Shown piece after piece: positions 1 to 11,210 of a stretch of 64,000 bases of DNA. Position numbers and translations under genes: made by a program. Origin of the DNA: a virus (taxonomy: Duplodnaviria; Heunggongvirae; Uroviricota; Caudoviricetes); IMG/VR virus record IMGVR_UViG_3300042892_003674; one strand, written 5' to 3'. The notes under the pieces were generated by a model. It did no database searches and was not told the DNA's origin. It saw only the letters and a program-made list of their open reading frames with translations. Every line of letters starts with the position of its first letter. Position 1 is the first letter of the stretch.

Positions 1-623
1 GAACTAACTGTCGCAACACACCACCAAGATGCTGACGCATAACCAACAGCATCATTCATATTATAAAGTGAGTTATTACTCCAAGAACCTTGCCAAGTTA
101 AACCAGAAACACCAACAGGACCTTCGACACCTTGTGCACCTTGATTACCCTGAACACCTTGAATACCTTGTTCACCAGAAGAACCAGAAGAACCAGAAGT
201 TCCAGATGAACCAGAAGTTCCAGATGAACCAGAAGTTCCAGAAGAACCAGAAGTTCCAGAAGAACCAGATGTTCCAGAAGAACCAGATGAACCAGAAGTT
301 CCAGAAGAACCAGATGTTCCAGAAGAACCAGAAGTTCCAGAAGAACCAGAAGTTCCAGAAGAACCAGAAGTTCCAGAAGAACCAGAAGTTCCAGAAGAAC
401 CAGAAGTTCCAGATGAACCAGAAGTTCCAGATGAACCAGAAGTTCCAGATGAACCATTAGCACCAGTCGCACCAATAACACCAGAAGTTCCAGAAGTTCC
501 AGAAGTACTAGAATCATTTGCTAAGTTGTTTAAAAATTTTAAATTGTTATCCATTTCTTCAACAGATAGTCTTGCGTCTTTTGATTCTCTAAGTGTTAAA
601 GAGAAGGTTCCCGGATAGATCAT
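1..623 (-). CDS. Gly/Ser/Thr-repeat, collagen-like virion fibre protein (runs off window)
   Basis: Not in ORF track. ATG at 623 reads MIYPGTFSLTLRESKDARLSVEEMDNNLKFL, then (GSSGTS)n, G-X-Y triplets GEQGIQGVQGNQGAQG, then LTWQGSWS..Y..NDAVGY..ASWWCV. Upstream TAATATATAC motif at 646-655. Confidence 0.75.
   Translation of the reverse strand, partial: MIYPGTFSLTLRESKDARLSVEEMDNNLKFLNNLANDSSTSGTSGTSGVIGATGANGSSGTSGSSGTSGSSGTSGSSGTSGSSGTSGSSGTSGSSGTSGSSGTSGSSGTSGSSGSSGTSGSSGTSGSSGTSGSSGTSGSSGTSGSSGSSGEQGIQGVQGNQGAQGVEGPVGVSGLTWQGSWSNNSLYNMNDAVGYASASWWCVATVS
175..456 (-). repeat. 18-bp tandem repeat encoding GSSGTS
   Basis: About 15 copies of ccagaagttccaga(t/a)gaa. Confidence 0.95.
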
Positions 624-686
624 TTTTAGTATTTTTTTTTATAATGTATATATTAAATATAAAAATCATTTTTTATATAATTTTTG

Positions 687-694
687 TATATTTG
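687..694 (+). promoter_or_regulatory. Bacteroidota-type -7 promoter element TAnnTTTG
   Basis: TATATTTG in intergenic DNA upstream of the + operon. Similar sites at 1927, 13669, 26976, 32536, 33486, 36434, 39999, 41326, 44190, 61373 and 60605-60612 (-). Confidence 0.7.
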
Positions 695-1065
695 CAGTTA
701 TAAATTATAAAATAAACTAATATGGCAGTAAAGTATATAAGACTAGAAAGTAGTGCTAACGTAGCAAAACGTATAGAAATAAGTAATAGAATCGTTCGTG
801 GAGAGATAAAACTATCACATTATGCGGTAGATAATGATATATTCTATCATTATTACGAGATCTTGATACCTTTAACCAATAAAAAAAAATAGTATGATAA
901 ATAAAATAAAATGTTTTTTTGGATTCCATAATTGGAAGAACATAAGACCAATAACTCCAATACCTGAGAAAGGAGAACAGATCAGTTTTAGTAACTTACA
1001 CAAGTGTAAATATTGTGATAAGGAAGAATGGTTAGGAATGGGAACAATAATATAAATATAAAAAG

Positions 1066-1587
1066 ATGAGAAAACTATTATTAGGAGCTATACTATTATT
1101 TAGCAATTTGTGTATTTCACAAGAACAACAGAAAGATACAGTCTTAGTAAAACAAGAAAAAACACTTAACGACTATCTATATAATGAAGACAAGTTTACC
1201 GGTGAGAAAACATATTACAGTCCAACAATAACCATATCAATCGCAAAGTTTGTACAAGGAAAAAAATCAAACCAATATATTTCTATTGCTGTACCAGGTT
1301 CTACTTTAAATTATGGTTGTTATGGTGTTTCTATACTATTTGAAAATGGTAAGAAAATTGTAAGACCTAATGAAAAAGTAGAAACAAATTATAGTGATGG
1401 ATGGTCATACAGAGCTTTCTTTACACCAACCACAAATGAAATAAACTTACTTAAATCCTATAAAGTAGTCGCAGTAAAACTCTATATCTATGATGCTGAT
1501 ATAAATTCAACCGAGAGCGAAGACTTACTAACTGCATCAAAGATTATGTTATCAATACCAAAAATTGCTAAAACCCCAAAAAAATAA
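1066..1587 (+). CDS. secreted hypothetical protein
   Basis: Signal peptide MRKLLLGAILLFSNLCISQ. Confidence 0.7.
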   Translation: MRKLLLGAILLFSNLCISQEQQKDTVLVKQEKTLNDYLYNEDKFTGEKTYYSPTITISIAKFVQGKKSNQYISIAVPGSTLNYGCYGVSILFENGKKIVRPNEKVETNYSDGWSYRAFFTPTTNEINLLKSYKVVAVKLYIYDADINSTESEDLLTASKIMLSIPKIAKTPKK

Positions 1588-1844
1588 TGAACTATACAAG
1601 ACCAAATAGTGACGAATCAGATACACCAAAAGATTGGTTAAACTCTGCTTTAATTTTTACAAGAACACTCTCTCTAATACTTGAAGAAAATACAGGTATT
1701 GTTGTTAAACTAAAAGGTGATATGGTAAATCCGATCAATACAAATAGTGATAGAGTAGTAGTCTTTAAGAAAGATAAAATGATACATGTTGATAATATCC
1801 AAGATGAAAACTTAAAAGAAGGAGATTGGATAAAAATACAATAA
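1587..1844 (+). CDS. hypothetical protein
   Basis: Translationally coupled ORF followed by terminator. Confidence 0.65.
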   Translation: MNYTRPNSDESDTPKDWLNSALIFTRTLSLILEENTGIVVKLKGDMVNPINTNSDRVVVFKKDKMIHVDNIQDENLKEGDWIKIQ

Positions 1845-1873
1845 TAAAAAAGTCTCAGAATTGAGACTTTTTT
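1845..1873 (+). terminator. intrinsic terminator
   Basis: aaaaaagtctca-gaat-tgagactttttt. Confidence 0.8.
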
Positions 1874-1960
1874 ATTTTTAGTTAAATAAATTATTATTCT
1901 TTAATCAAAAATCAAATTAGTTATTGTATATTTGTTTAATAAATAAAATCACAAAATCAC

Positions 1961-4499
1961 ATGACAGACTTTAAAACATTAAAATTAGGTTTTGCACTAA
2001 CTGTTGGTATATACATTATACTAACTTCACCATTATTATTAAGCATTATGACGTATGACATCGATACCGGTCATTACTATGGACTTAGATATCCTTATTG
2101 GGTTATCTATACAATAGGTATTTTATCAGGAATCAGTGGAAATCTTTTGTCACGTAGTAAATACTTTAAACAATAATGGATAGGTTAGATTTAACCGAAG
2201 AATTTATATCATTGGGATTTGAACCAAAATATCTAATTTATAAAGACGGTACTTGGATAAAAAAAATAAATGATAAAAGTAAAATTATCTGTTACTTCTC
2301 TAATAAAGATTGGGAGCCCGCTAATTATCTTATCATCGAGTCAGTACAAACTTATATGAGAAAGGATGATCCTAATAAGTTTATCAAGTTCTCTGGTACA
2401 ATAAACAAATCAGAGGATTTATCATACCTATTATCAATGATAATATAATGATTAAATCTATCAATAAATTAGATGTACCAGATGGTAAATATTATGGAGT
2501 ATACTCATCTGATAACATACGTTTATATGAAATATTAGTAAAAGAATTTATCTATATAAACGCGGATAAACAAGATGTTATCATAGAATTTAAAGTTGAT
2601 ATAGCAATTAAATCAATGGGTACAAAAGTTCCGGTAGATATAATTGATGGGTGGGCTTATATAAATATCTCATTACAGGAAACAAGAGAACTAAAATTAA
2701 ATATAATAACTAAATAAAAAATTATGAGTGAATTAGTAAACGTAGGTAAAACAATGAAATCAACATTTGAACAAATTTCTGCTCAAGGATTCCTTGATCA
2801 ATTCCCAGATTCAGAATTTAGAAATGAATCTCAATTCTCTGGTATGGGTGATGTTTTTATCAAAAGTGAATTGGTAGAATCATTTAACCAATTAAAGGAA
2901 CAAATGATTGAAACTAACGGTAGTTTCCCTATTCTATAAAATTGTCAGTTAAAAAACAATTCATTACCTGGATACTAACGTGGACAACCTTTATATGGCT
3001 AAGATGGATCAAAAGAGGATAGATTTAATATGTGTTGATAATACTGACTATGATGGGTTTTTAACCTTACATAAATGGTATAAAGGTGAACTATCACATA
3101 GTTATCTACCTACATTAGAAATAGATAATTACTTTTATAGTAACCTATCTAATGATAGAGGTGGTAGTAAAGATGTATACCAAACTAAAGTATTTATGAC
3201 AAAACAACAATGGAGAGATTCTAAAATAGAAAAGATATTAAATGGATAAATACTATCAATGTGGTAGATGTGGTGGTTCGGTCGCAGTAAACTATGACAG
3301 TGCAATATGTACTTTACCAGTAACACACCGAACATCCGGAATATGTTCAGGTAGTATATCTATGGAAATTACAGAAGCAGATTATAACCAAGTAAGATCA
3401 CAATGGAGATCTGCAACTCGTAGAACAAAAATAAAAAAAGTAATTAAAGATGTTTAGAAATCCGTTTAGAAAGAAAAATACTGAATTTAGTGGAGGATTA
3501 AGATGGGGACAACTTGTTAGACCAAGTATGAACTTAAAGAATTACGACCGTATGAGAAAAATAAATCGATTACTCGGTAGAATAGAACTTACTAAATCTA
3601 CAGGACTTATGCCAATGAAACAAGAATATTGGATTTATTCAATAAGTTAAAATATATCCTTATAAAAAATAAATTAGATGATACTAGTATGTATAAACCC
3701 ATCAGATAGACTTACCAAAGGTAAAAAATATGAAGCAAAACCCTTCATCAGTGAACATTCATATAATCTTTTGAAGGTTAAAGATGATACTGGTGAATTT
3801 TATATGTATAGTATAAATAGATTCATTACAGTAGAAGAATGGAAAAATAAGCTTAGAAAAATGTTAGATAAAAAGAAGATATGTTAAAAGAAATAATGTC
3901 GTTTAGTAAAGAATTCTTAGATTATTATGATCTGAATGATCTAACTATGACTAATAGTTCCAATAATTTTACAAACTGGGAAAAAGTAAATCTCGGCTTT
4001 CCCGATAGAAATTATACTCAACATCTTATCCGTATTATTGATAATAGTCCTGGTACTGAAACCTATATTTATAAACCATATAACTTAAATATTTATAAAG
4101 ATAGATTGGTTAGTTTTCTTCAAAACTTTACTACAGAGTTTGAAGTAGAAAAAGAACCGGCTTTAATAACCATCTACTCTCACAAACAAGGTAGTTTAGT
4201 GAAAACACTTTATTTTGATTTAAAAGCATTTAGTAATACATCAATTACAGAACCAATAGATTATATCGAATTGAAACTGATACAAAATAATGAAAATTAA
4301 ATGTATTAAAAATCATGATAGTGTAGGTAAATTAAAAGGATTAAGAACAGATACCTATTATCAAGTAACTGATATAGATATGATTGGATATCGAATAATC
4401 GATGATTTAGGTAGGAATTTTTGGTTCACCAAAGATCGTTTTGAACCAATTGAAGAAACAAGAGATAGATTACTAAATAAACTAATAAACAATTTATAA
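1961..4499 (+). other. operon of about 10 small hypothetical ORFs, several with family B C-terminal tag
   Basis: Overlapping stop/start codons. Ends include TRELKLNII (2448), WRDSKIEKIL (2980), TRDRLLNKLI (4290). Confidence 0.7.
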
Positions 4500-4685
4500 T
4501 ATAATGATAAATTACATTTTCCGAAAATTAGGTTTCATAGTGTCAGACTCCGGTCTATTACTAACAACCAATAAATTTTCTAAACAAATTGCAGAAATGG
4601 CAGTTCGTGACGGTTCTCTACAAAAGAAATATGAAAATCTATACACGAAATCTAAACAACGTAACAATTAAAACAAATATAAATT

Positions 4686-4979
4686 ATGTCAGAACAAACA
4701 GAAACAACACAAAAAACAATCGCAGTATTCGCAACTGAGTATTATGAAACATCTATCACTAGAGAACCTATTGAATTAAACATCGAAGATTATCCAGAAT
4801 TAGAAGGTATGACACCAGAAGAAGCAATTGACTATGTTGAGTCTAATGCTTGGGAGATGCCATCAACAAATCCAGATATGTATGAATCATTGGCAGAAGA
4901 ACTTAATGATCAAGATATACGTAGAGATAAAATTACAAATGAGTCTCAAGAAATCAACGCTCAATTAGAAATGTTCTAA
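4686..4979 (+). CDS. highly acidic protein, paralog of 8972..9301
   Basis: ATEYY..EPIELNIEDYPELEG..EEAIDYVESN versus ATEYF..EPVELDSDLFPDFEG..QEFFDYISEN. Confidence 0.7.
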   Translation: MSEQTETTQKTIAVFATEYYETSITREPIELNIEDYPELEGMTPEEAIDYVESNAWEMPSTNPDMYESLAEELNDQDIRRDKITNESQEINAQLEMF

Positions 4980-5201
4980 TAATGGAAAAATATGAAAAAC
5001 AAATAAAAGGTTTTTTATTAGGATTTTTTATAGGTGGAATATTTGGTATTATTGTCTTAGATTTAGTTCAAAAAGGTATAATTTAATGTAACAAGAGATT
5101 GTTAAAAATAAAATCACTGGTGATGAAACAGAAGTTCTTACTGACTAAGAAAAAATTTACCTACATTTAATTTTTATATATATAACAAAAAAGTAAAAAT
5201 T

Positions 5202-6266
5202 ATGTCAACAGAAACAAATTCAAACGCATCCGTAAATCAAAGTGCTGAGGTTCACTCAGACAAAGACTCCGCAGGAGTATCTTATACAAATACAGTCGAA
5301 GCTGGGGTTAGTGTAACAACTGGTAACGATAACGCTTCAGTTACCGCAGGAGCATCAGTAAAAACAGGAACCGAAGCATCTGCAGAAGCTGGGTTAGATG
5401 GTAATAATGCTTATGCACAAGCTTCTTACTCAGATACAACCGAAGCTCACGTTACAGTAGAAGCTCAAGCAAATACAAATGGAGTAGGAGTATCAGCAGG
5501 AGCAGATGCTTATATAGTATCCGGTAACACAGCAGAAGGTCACGTATCAGTAGGTGATAAAGGTGTAGATGTTGGTGGTGGAGTTTCCACCGGAACTGCA
5601 GTAGGTGTAGATGCGACAGGTACAGTAGATTTAAGAGAAGGATCAGTTACCGCAGGAGCAGGAGTTTCAGTTGGAGATCAATTCGCAGTAGGTGGTGGAG
5701 GTCAAGCAACATTTGATGATGGTGTAGCAACTATCGGAGTTGAAGGTGATCTTGCCGCTTATGTAGGATTAGATGTGGATTTATCAGTAAGTATTGATAC
5801 AAACCAAATTGCTAAAGATGCAGAGGCCACTGCTAAAGCAGCAGATGAGGCAGCAGCGGCTACTAAAAAGGCGGCAGATGAGGCAGCAGCGGCTACTAAA
5901 AAGGCGGCAGATGATGCAGCTAAAGCAACACAAAAGGCAGCAGATGATGCGGCTAAAGAAGCAGAGAAAGCAGCGAATGATGCTGCAAACTTGGCAAAAG
6001 ATACAGGTAAGTCAATATCTAATAGTGCTAAAAAAACTGGTAAATCAATTAAGAAAGCTTTCTCTGATCGTAGAGTAAAAGAAAATATTACTTTAGTTGG
6101 TATAGTAAGTGATTTGAATATATATGAGTATAATTATATATGGTCTAAAGAAAAACAAACTGGAGTAATGGCACAAGAACTATTGAATACAAAATATGCT
6201 GATGCAGTATCAACAGATGAAAAGTCAGGATACTATATGGTAGATTATTCTAAATTACCTTTGTAG
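5202..6266 (+). CDS. fibre/spike-like protein with C-terminal peptidase S74 (intramolecular chaperone) domain
   Basis: G/A/V-rich beta repeats, an Ala/Lys coiled coil, then SDRRVKENI...YEYNY...GVMAQEL...VDYSKL. Confidence 0.75.
   Translation: MSTETNSNASVNQSAEVHSDKDSAGVSYTNTVEAGVSVTTGNDNASVTAGASVKTGTEASAEAGLDGNNAYAQASYSDTTEAHVTVEAQANTNGVGVSAGADAYIVSGNTAEGHVSVGDKGVDVGGGVSTGTAVGVDATGTVDLREGSVTAGAGVSVGDQFAVGGGGQATFDDGVATIGVEGDLAAYVGLDVDLSVSIDTNQIAKDAEATAKAADEAAAATKKAADEAAAATKKAADDAAKATQKAADDAAKEAEKAANDAANLAKDTGKSISNSAKKTGKSIKKAFSDRRVKENITLVGIVSDLNIYEYNYIWSKEKQTGVMAQELLNTKYADAVSTDEKSGYYMVDYSKLPL
5841..5972 (+). repeat. 33-bp (11-aa) tandem repeat, 4 copies
   Basis: gcagatgaggcagcagcggctactaaaaaggcg twice exactly, plus 2 diverged copies. 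Confidence 0.85.
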
Positions 6267-6267
6267 T

Positions 6268-6837
6268 ATGTCAGAAATAGTTACCCTATATAAAAAAGAA
6301 TATTTGGTTGGATATCTACAAGAGGATATCCAACCTTTATTATTTATGGTTCTAAAGAACTATAATGAAGGTAGAAATATGGCAAAATCACCTGATGATA
6401 TTAGACATGAAGATATACGTATCAATTTTACACCTCAATTACAAATGATTGCTAAAAAATTAGCAGATGAATGGAATAAAGCATTCAATGAAGAGATAGA
6501 ACTATGTTGGCAAAATAAAGAAGGTCAAGATCCAAATTCATCTTTCTGGGCAGTAGTACATGAAAAGAATGAATCAACAAACCTTCATACCCACGAAAGT
6601 ATGGAGTGTTATGAAGACGGTGCACAAGTTAGTTGTGCGTTATGGTTACAAGTTCCAAATAATAGTGGTGATCTAGTATTTCAATATAATAGTAACCCTT
6701 ATAGATTACACCAGGAAGTCGTTAAATCAGAAGTTGGTAAGTTTGCAATGTTTGATAGTACTCTACCACATTTTGTTACAAAAAATCAATCAGATGGATT
6801 AAGAGTAGTTATCAGTATGAATTTTAAATATAAATAA
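6268..6837 (+). CDS. 2OG-Fe(II) oxygenase family protein
   Basis: LHTH...SGDLVF...FDSTLPHFVTKNQS..RVVISMN. Confidence 0.75.
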   Translation: MSEIVTLYKKEYLVGYLQEDIQPLLFMVLKNYNEGRNMAKSPDDIRHEDIRINFTPQLQMIAKKLADEWNKAFNEEIELCWQNKEGQDPNSSFWAVVHEKNESTNLHTHESMECYEDGAQVSCALWLQVPNNSGDLVFQYNSNPYRLHQEVVKSEVGKFAMFDSTLPHFVTKNQSDGLRVVISMNFKYK

Positions 6838-7491
6838 ATGTTATACCCAAAGAATAAATACGGAGTATATGCGGTACCCGAAGAAGTCGAATATACTTAC
6901 ACAGCACAAACTATTTTAGAGGGTGGTGTTCACGAAGAAACTACAATCGAATACATAAAATCAATTGGTGGTAATGTTATACACGCAGGTGCAGGATTTG
7001 GTGATTTCCTACCAGCTTTAAAAGATTGTAATCGTGTATTTGTATTTGAACCAAATCCTTTAATGTACCAGTGTTCTTTAGAAACAATACGTTTGAATAA
7101 TCTAATGAATGTTAGTTTATATACATACGCACTTGGTGAATATGATACCAAATCTACACTAAAAATAACAGATGAGTCAGGATTAGAAATGGGACCTAGA
7201 AGCGAAATTGGTGATGGAATTGGAGTGAAAATGATCAAATTAGACACATTTATCGTCGAAAAGATTGATTTAATACACTTAGACATTGAAGGATACGAGT
7301 TTGAAGCACTAAAAGGTGCAAAAGAACTGATAGAAAGAGATAAACCAATCATAATCTTAGAGATAGATTCAAGAGCAGTAGATTATAATAACTTTATGTT
7401 ATCAATCAATTATGTGCCTTATAAACAACTAATATACAATAGTAACGAAAGAGTGGTATTTGTAAATACTGTTTATAAATCTATAGACTGA
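6838..7491 (+). CDS. FkbM-family methyltransferase
   Basis: HAGAGFG, VFVFEPNP, IDLIHLDIEGYEFEALKGA. Confidence 0.85.
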   Translation: MLYPKNKYGVYAVPEEVEYTYTAQTILEGGVHEETTIEYIKSIGGNVIHAGAGFGDFLPALKDCNRVFVFEPNPLMYQCSLETIRLNNLMNVSLYTYALGEYDTKSTLKITDESGLEMGPRSEIGDGIGVKMIKLDTFIVEKIDLIHLDIEGYEFEALKGAKELIERDKPIIILEIDSRAVDYNNFMLSINYVPYKQLIYNSNERVVFVNTVYKSID

Positions 7492-7516
7492 TAACACCAA
7501 AACTTTAAGAATAAAT

Positions 7517-7909
7517 ATGAAGATACAAATGCCTAATAAAATATACATCGATAATAGTCCAATACACGGACTAGGTGTATTTGCCAGTCAAATAATATAC
7601 GAAGGAGAAATCATTGAGATTTGTCCTGTAATTGATATGGGATTAAATAAAGAAGTCAGTCCAATACTAATCGACTATAGATTCAATTGGCCACAGGGTA
7701 ATGAATGGACAAATCAAGTTGTTGCAGCTGGCTATGCTATGTTATATAACCACAGTAATAGACCTAATTCAAACTGGAGATCAAATGAACAAATGAAAAC
7801 ATTTGAGTTTTATGCAACAAAACAAATACAACCTAATGAGGAAATACTTATATACTATGGTGATGTAAATTATTGGAGCGATGGTAGAACAGATATTGAT
7901 ATAAAATAA
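7517..7909 (+). CDS. SET-domain methyltransferase
   Basis: SPIHGLGVFA, LYNHSNRPN, I.PNEEILIYYG. Confidence 0.9.
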   Translation: MKIQMPNKIYIDNSPIHGLGVFASQIIYEGEIIEICPVIDMGLNKEVSPILIDYRFNWPQGNEWTNQVVAAGYAMLYNHSNRPNSNWRSNEQMKTFEFYATKQIQPNEEILIYYGDVNYWSDGRTDIDIK

Positions 7910-7936
7910 AAAAGAGATCAACTAGATCTCTTTTTT
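7908..7936. terminator. bidirectional terminator
   Basis: aaaaaagagatc-aacta-gatctctttttt between convergent genes. Confidence 0.8.
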
Positions 7937-8242
7937 ATTTTATATCACTCATGACCAAATATATCTTTTATTTTGAACATTCTTCTAATAGCTCGCATAC
8001 GTGAATCGAGTTCGGCCCAATCTTTTTCGGTCCAATCTAATTGTCCAAAATCTAAATCAACAGTTATCATATAACTATATATTACTTTTCTACCTCAACA
8101 TCAAACCAATCACCTTGTAAAAAATAAGGTGTGTCTTTTAATAACTCTGTTGCTGATTTACATTTATCACACCAATCATCTGAATTAGTGTGAACACATA
8201 CCACTTTCTCGTGCAAAGGATTCCACGTTACATATACTTTAC

Positions 8243-8452
8243 TCATTTTATATATTTTCTAATAAATTTTGTCTGGTTCTTATTTAAGACTAAGATATAC
8301 TTATTACCCATAGCAGTTTGATAGACTTGGTATCTTTCACCTTGGTCTGAGTAGTACCAATAATCAGTATAACTATAATTTTGTAATCTTAGTTCTGCGG
8401 GTTTACAACTAAAAAGAAGTAAAATGGTAAGTAATGTTATTATTTTTCTCAT
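8243..8452 (-). CDS. small lipoprotein
   Basis: Lipobox LLFSC. Confidence 0.6.
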   Translation of the reverse strand: MRKIITLLTILLLFSCKPAELRLQNYSYTDYWYYSDQGERYQVYQTAMGNKYILVLNKNQTKFIRKYIK

Positions 8453-8971
8453 TTGCTATTTAATAAAAGGTTTAATCTTTTTTGACGAATCTTTGCTACG
8501 TCAATAGTATATTGTGCATGATGAATAATATCTTCACCAAAAGGTACATTTTTCTTTAAAGTTATATTCACTTTGATACCTTCTTCTCCATTAGAAGGTA
8601 TACCAAAAACATCGGCTTTATATACCTTCACAATACTCATATGCATATTTTTAGTTCTACTATGGAAAAAGTTTATTATATTTTCAGTTATTCCGTGCTG
8701 TAGTAATATCGGTTCTATCTCCATCTATAATTTTATTTAATTGTTTATCTCTCCACTGTTCTAAATGCTCAAAAAAATCTAAAGATACTGTAAAAACCTC
8801 TCTATCATGAATATAACAATTCCATAAGTCCCAAGAGTTATCATCAGTATATAAAATACGTTCCATATCATATATTTTACCAACCTGTAATCTATTTTCG
8901 ACGAATGTCTCACCATCAATCTCACGTGTATTTTTTATACAAATAACCTTTTGTTTATTGGTGAGATTCAC
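8449..8971 (-). other. two family B tagged small proteins (8449..8724, 8684..8971)
   Basis: IRQKRLNLLL; WRDKQLNKII. Confidence 0.65.
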
Positions 8972-9301
8972 TTAGTATCCAGTTGTAAGTTCAACTTCAA
9001 AACCACCAGTCTTATGCCAAGTTTCATTAGGTTGACCCATTTGAATATCACCTTCATATCCCTTAGTACAAGAATTAAAGTAATCAAACTTCTCACCTTC
9101 AATAAGTGTCCAAAGTGCATCTCTTACCTCTTCTGGTAAAGATTCATCCTCTGCTAAGTCATTATAATTCTCTGATATGTAATCAAAAAATTCTTGCTCT
9201 GTTTCTCCCTCAAAATCCGGGAATAAATCACTGTCTAATTCAACTGGTTCAGTCGCTGCGTGAATAGTAAAATACTCTGTTGCTCTAAAATGTTTTTTCA
9301 T
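8972..9301 (-). CDS. highly acidic protein, paralog of 4686..4979
   Basis: Shared ATEY/EPVEL/FEG/DYI motifs. Confidence 0.7.
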   Translation of the reverse strand: MKKHFRATEYFTIHAATEPVELDSDLFPDFEGETEQEFFDYISENYNDLAEDESLPEEVRDALWTLIEGEKFDYFNSCTKGYEGDIQMGQPNETWHKTGGFEVELTTGY

Positions 9302-9318
9302 ATTTTTCGTTTTTATTT

Positions 9319-9747
9319 TTAATTTGGGAAAACTTCTATAGTTCTCTCTTGTTTAACAAGATCACTCCAAACACCCTCATATCTAGTTCCTTTTACAATA
9401 TGATTGTCTACCCAATGATAGTTACCACCTCTTGGTTTACCCATAAGTAATCCATGATATTTATAGCCCCACTTATTTAACCAATCTTCAGTTACTTCTC
9501 TATGCTCTTCTGTTCTAGAAGTAAAGAATGTAATCACATGTCCTTCATCATACCACTTATTTAAAGTTTCTACCGAACCGTGATACGGTAAAACTACCGA
9601 CATACGTTCCGGTTCTTCATTAGGTACATCATCTGTAATAGTTCCATCAATGTCTATCAGATAATTTTTAACACCCACCGGTAATTGTGGACTAGCTAAA
9701 TGACCCTCATCATCTAGTATTGATCTTAATTCTATTTCTTTTTTCAT
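9319..9747 (-). CDS. HAD-superfamily phosphatase
   Basis: LIDIDGTI, FFTSR, MGKP motifs. Confidence 0.8.
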   Translation of the reverse strand: MKKEIELRSILDDEGHLASPQLPVGVKNYLIDIDGTITDDVPNEEPERMSVVLPYHGSVETLNKWYDEGHVITFFTSRTEEHREVTEDWLNKWGYKYHGLLMGKPRGGNYHWVDNHIVKGTRYEGVWSDLVKQERTIEVFPN

Positions 9748-10114
9748 TTATTCGTTTTTATTTTATTCATGAAGAGATTCATTATCTTAATCTTTCTTAC
9801 ACTAGATCGTAATATACTATGTCTAGTAATTGGACTCCATTTTCCTGATGTTTTTTGATACATTCCTTTAAATATTTTTCCAGTATTCAATTATACCTAT
9901 AGAGAATATCTTTCTAATTTTATGTTTTCTTAGTCTAGCTCGAAGTATATTTCTCCATTTATTTTTACCCATTGAAAATTCGTCTAATCTTGTGTTTACG
10001 TTCTAAACCTCTCATAGTAATCCAAGGTTGTCTAAAAGTTCCATAAGGAAATGATGTAATAATAACCTTTGGATTATCAGTCACGACATCAGCACTGATA
10101 ATATAATTACTCAT
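9744..10114 (-). other. three basic microproteins (9965..10114, 9868..9972, 9744..9863)
   Basis: Closely packed 49/34/39-aa ORFs below the track cutoff, with ERKHKIRRIF, LRKHKIRKIF, VRKIKIMNLF. Confidence 0.6.
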
Positions 10115-10118
10115 TATC

Positions 10119-11210
10119 TTAATTACTTAAAGCCGCCTTAATTATTTCGTGTGACTTATAATCATTTAATGTGAAATCAGTTATATCATATAAAGGTAAT
10201 GAATCATTTTCATTCTTCATCACTTTATTTATAGTTACACTAGGTAAATCCAATCCTTTTCTTGCAATCTGTTGTTTCGCTTGTTCAATATGATTAGAAT
10301 ATAAATGAACATCACCTAAATTACCAATCAATTGATCCGGCACCATATTCACTTCTCTAGCTATTATCTCTAATAAAAGTGCATAAGAAGCTATATTGAA
10401 TGGTAAACCTAAGAATGTATCTACCGAACGTTGATTCCACATTAAAGAAATTGATCTCTTAGGTGTTGGTTCATAATATGTATTATCATAATCAGGTAAA
10501 TCATCTGGATTAAAATGTCTTTCCATACCAGTTTCGTAATTATTATTAAACCAGATATTATATCTAGTTTCATCATCTAACTCTCTAGTATAAACTTGAA
10601 ATCCATAATGACAAGGTGGTAAAACCATATTCTCTAATTCTCCTACATTCCAAGCAGAAACCATCAATCGTCTAGAATCTGGATTTGTTTTAAGATCGTT
10701 TATTAGGTTTTGGATTTGGTCAATATACATTGAACCTGCCTCATATATAGATTCACCATCTTCAGCTTTTAATGTAGTTTCAATTCCCTTACCAACTCTC
10801 CAAGATCTCCACTGAGCTCCATAGATAGGACCTAACTCACCCCACTTCTTAGCAAACTCACTATCGTTTTTGATTTTGTTGATGAATTCTTCTTGAGTTA
10901 GACTATCACCTTTAGAAGTGAAATTTTTACTTCTATAATTCTTGTAAGCATCACCATTCCAAATATTACATCCATTATCAACTAGATACTCAATATTAGT
11001 ATCACCATTTAAAAACCATAACAATTCTGTTACGATTGTTTTGAATGGCATCTTTTTGGTTGTCAATAAAGGAAAACCATCCTTCATATCGTGTCTAATC
11101 TGTCTACCGAATACTGAAATTGTTCCGGTACCAGTTCTATCGCCTTTTGCCTGACCATTATGTAAAATGTCTAGTAGCAAGTCTGTGTATTGTTTATCTA
11201 ATTTATTCAT
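10119..11210 (-). CDS. thyA: thymidylate synthase
   Basis: DRTGTGT, FPLLTTKK, LGPIYG.QWR, SRR, LPPCH, QRSVD.FLGLPFNIASYALL, GDVHLYSNH. Confidence 0.97.
   Translation of the reverse strand: MNKLDKQYTDLLLDILHNGQAKGDRTGTGTISVFGRQIRHDMKDGFPLLTTKKMPFKTIVTELLWFLNGDTNIEYLVDNGCNIWNGDAYKNYRSKNFTSKGDSLTQEEFINKIKNDSEFAKKWGELGPIYGAQWRSWRVGKGIETTLKAEDGESIYEAGSMYIDQIQNLINDLKTNPDSRRLMVSAWNVGELENMVLPPCHYGFQVYTRELDDETRYNIWFNNNYETGMERHFNPDDLPDYDNTYYEPTPKRSISLMWNQRSVDTFLGLPFNIASYALLLEIIAREVNMVPDQLIGNLGDVHLYSNHIEQAKQQIARKGLDLPSVTINKVMKNENDSLPLYDITDFTLNDYKSHEIIKAALSN

Noticed and set aside
175-456. Possible CRISPR array
   Set aside because: Repeats are contiguous with no unique spacers and are coding; no cas genes in the window.
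29-517. Track ORFs 29..460 (+) and 98..517 (-)
   Set aside because: Off-frame or antisense shadows of the 18-bp repeat; the real gene is the - strand frame starting at 623.
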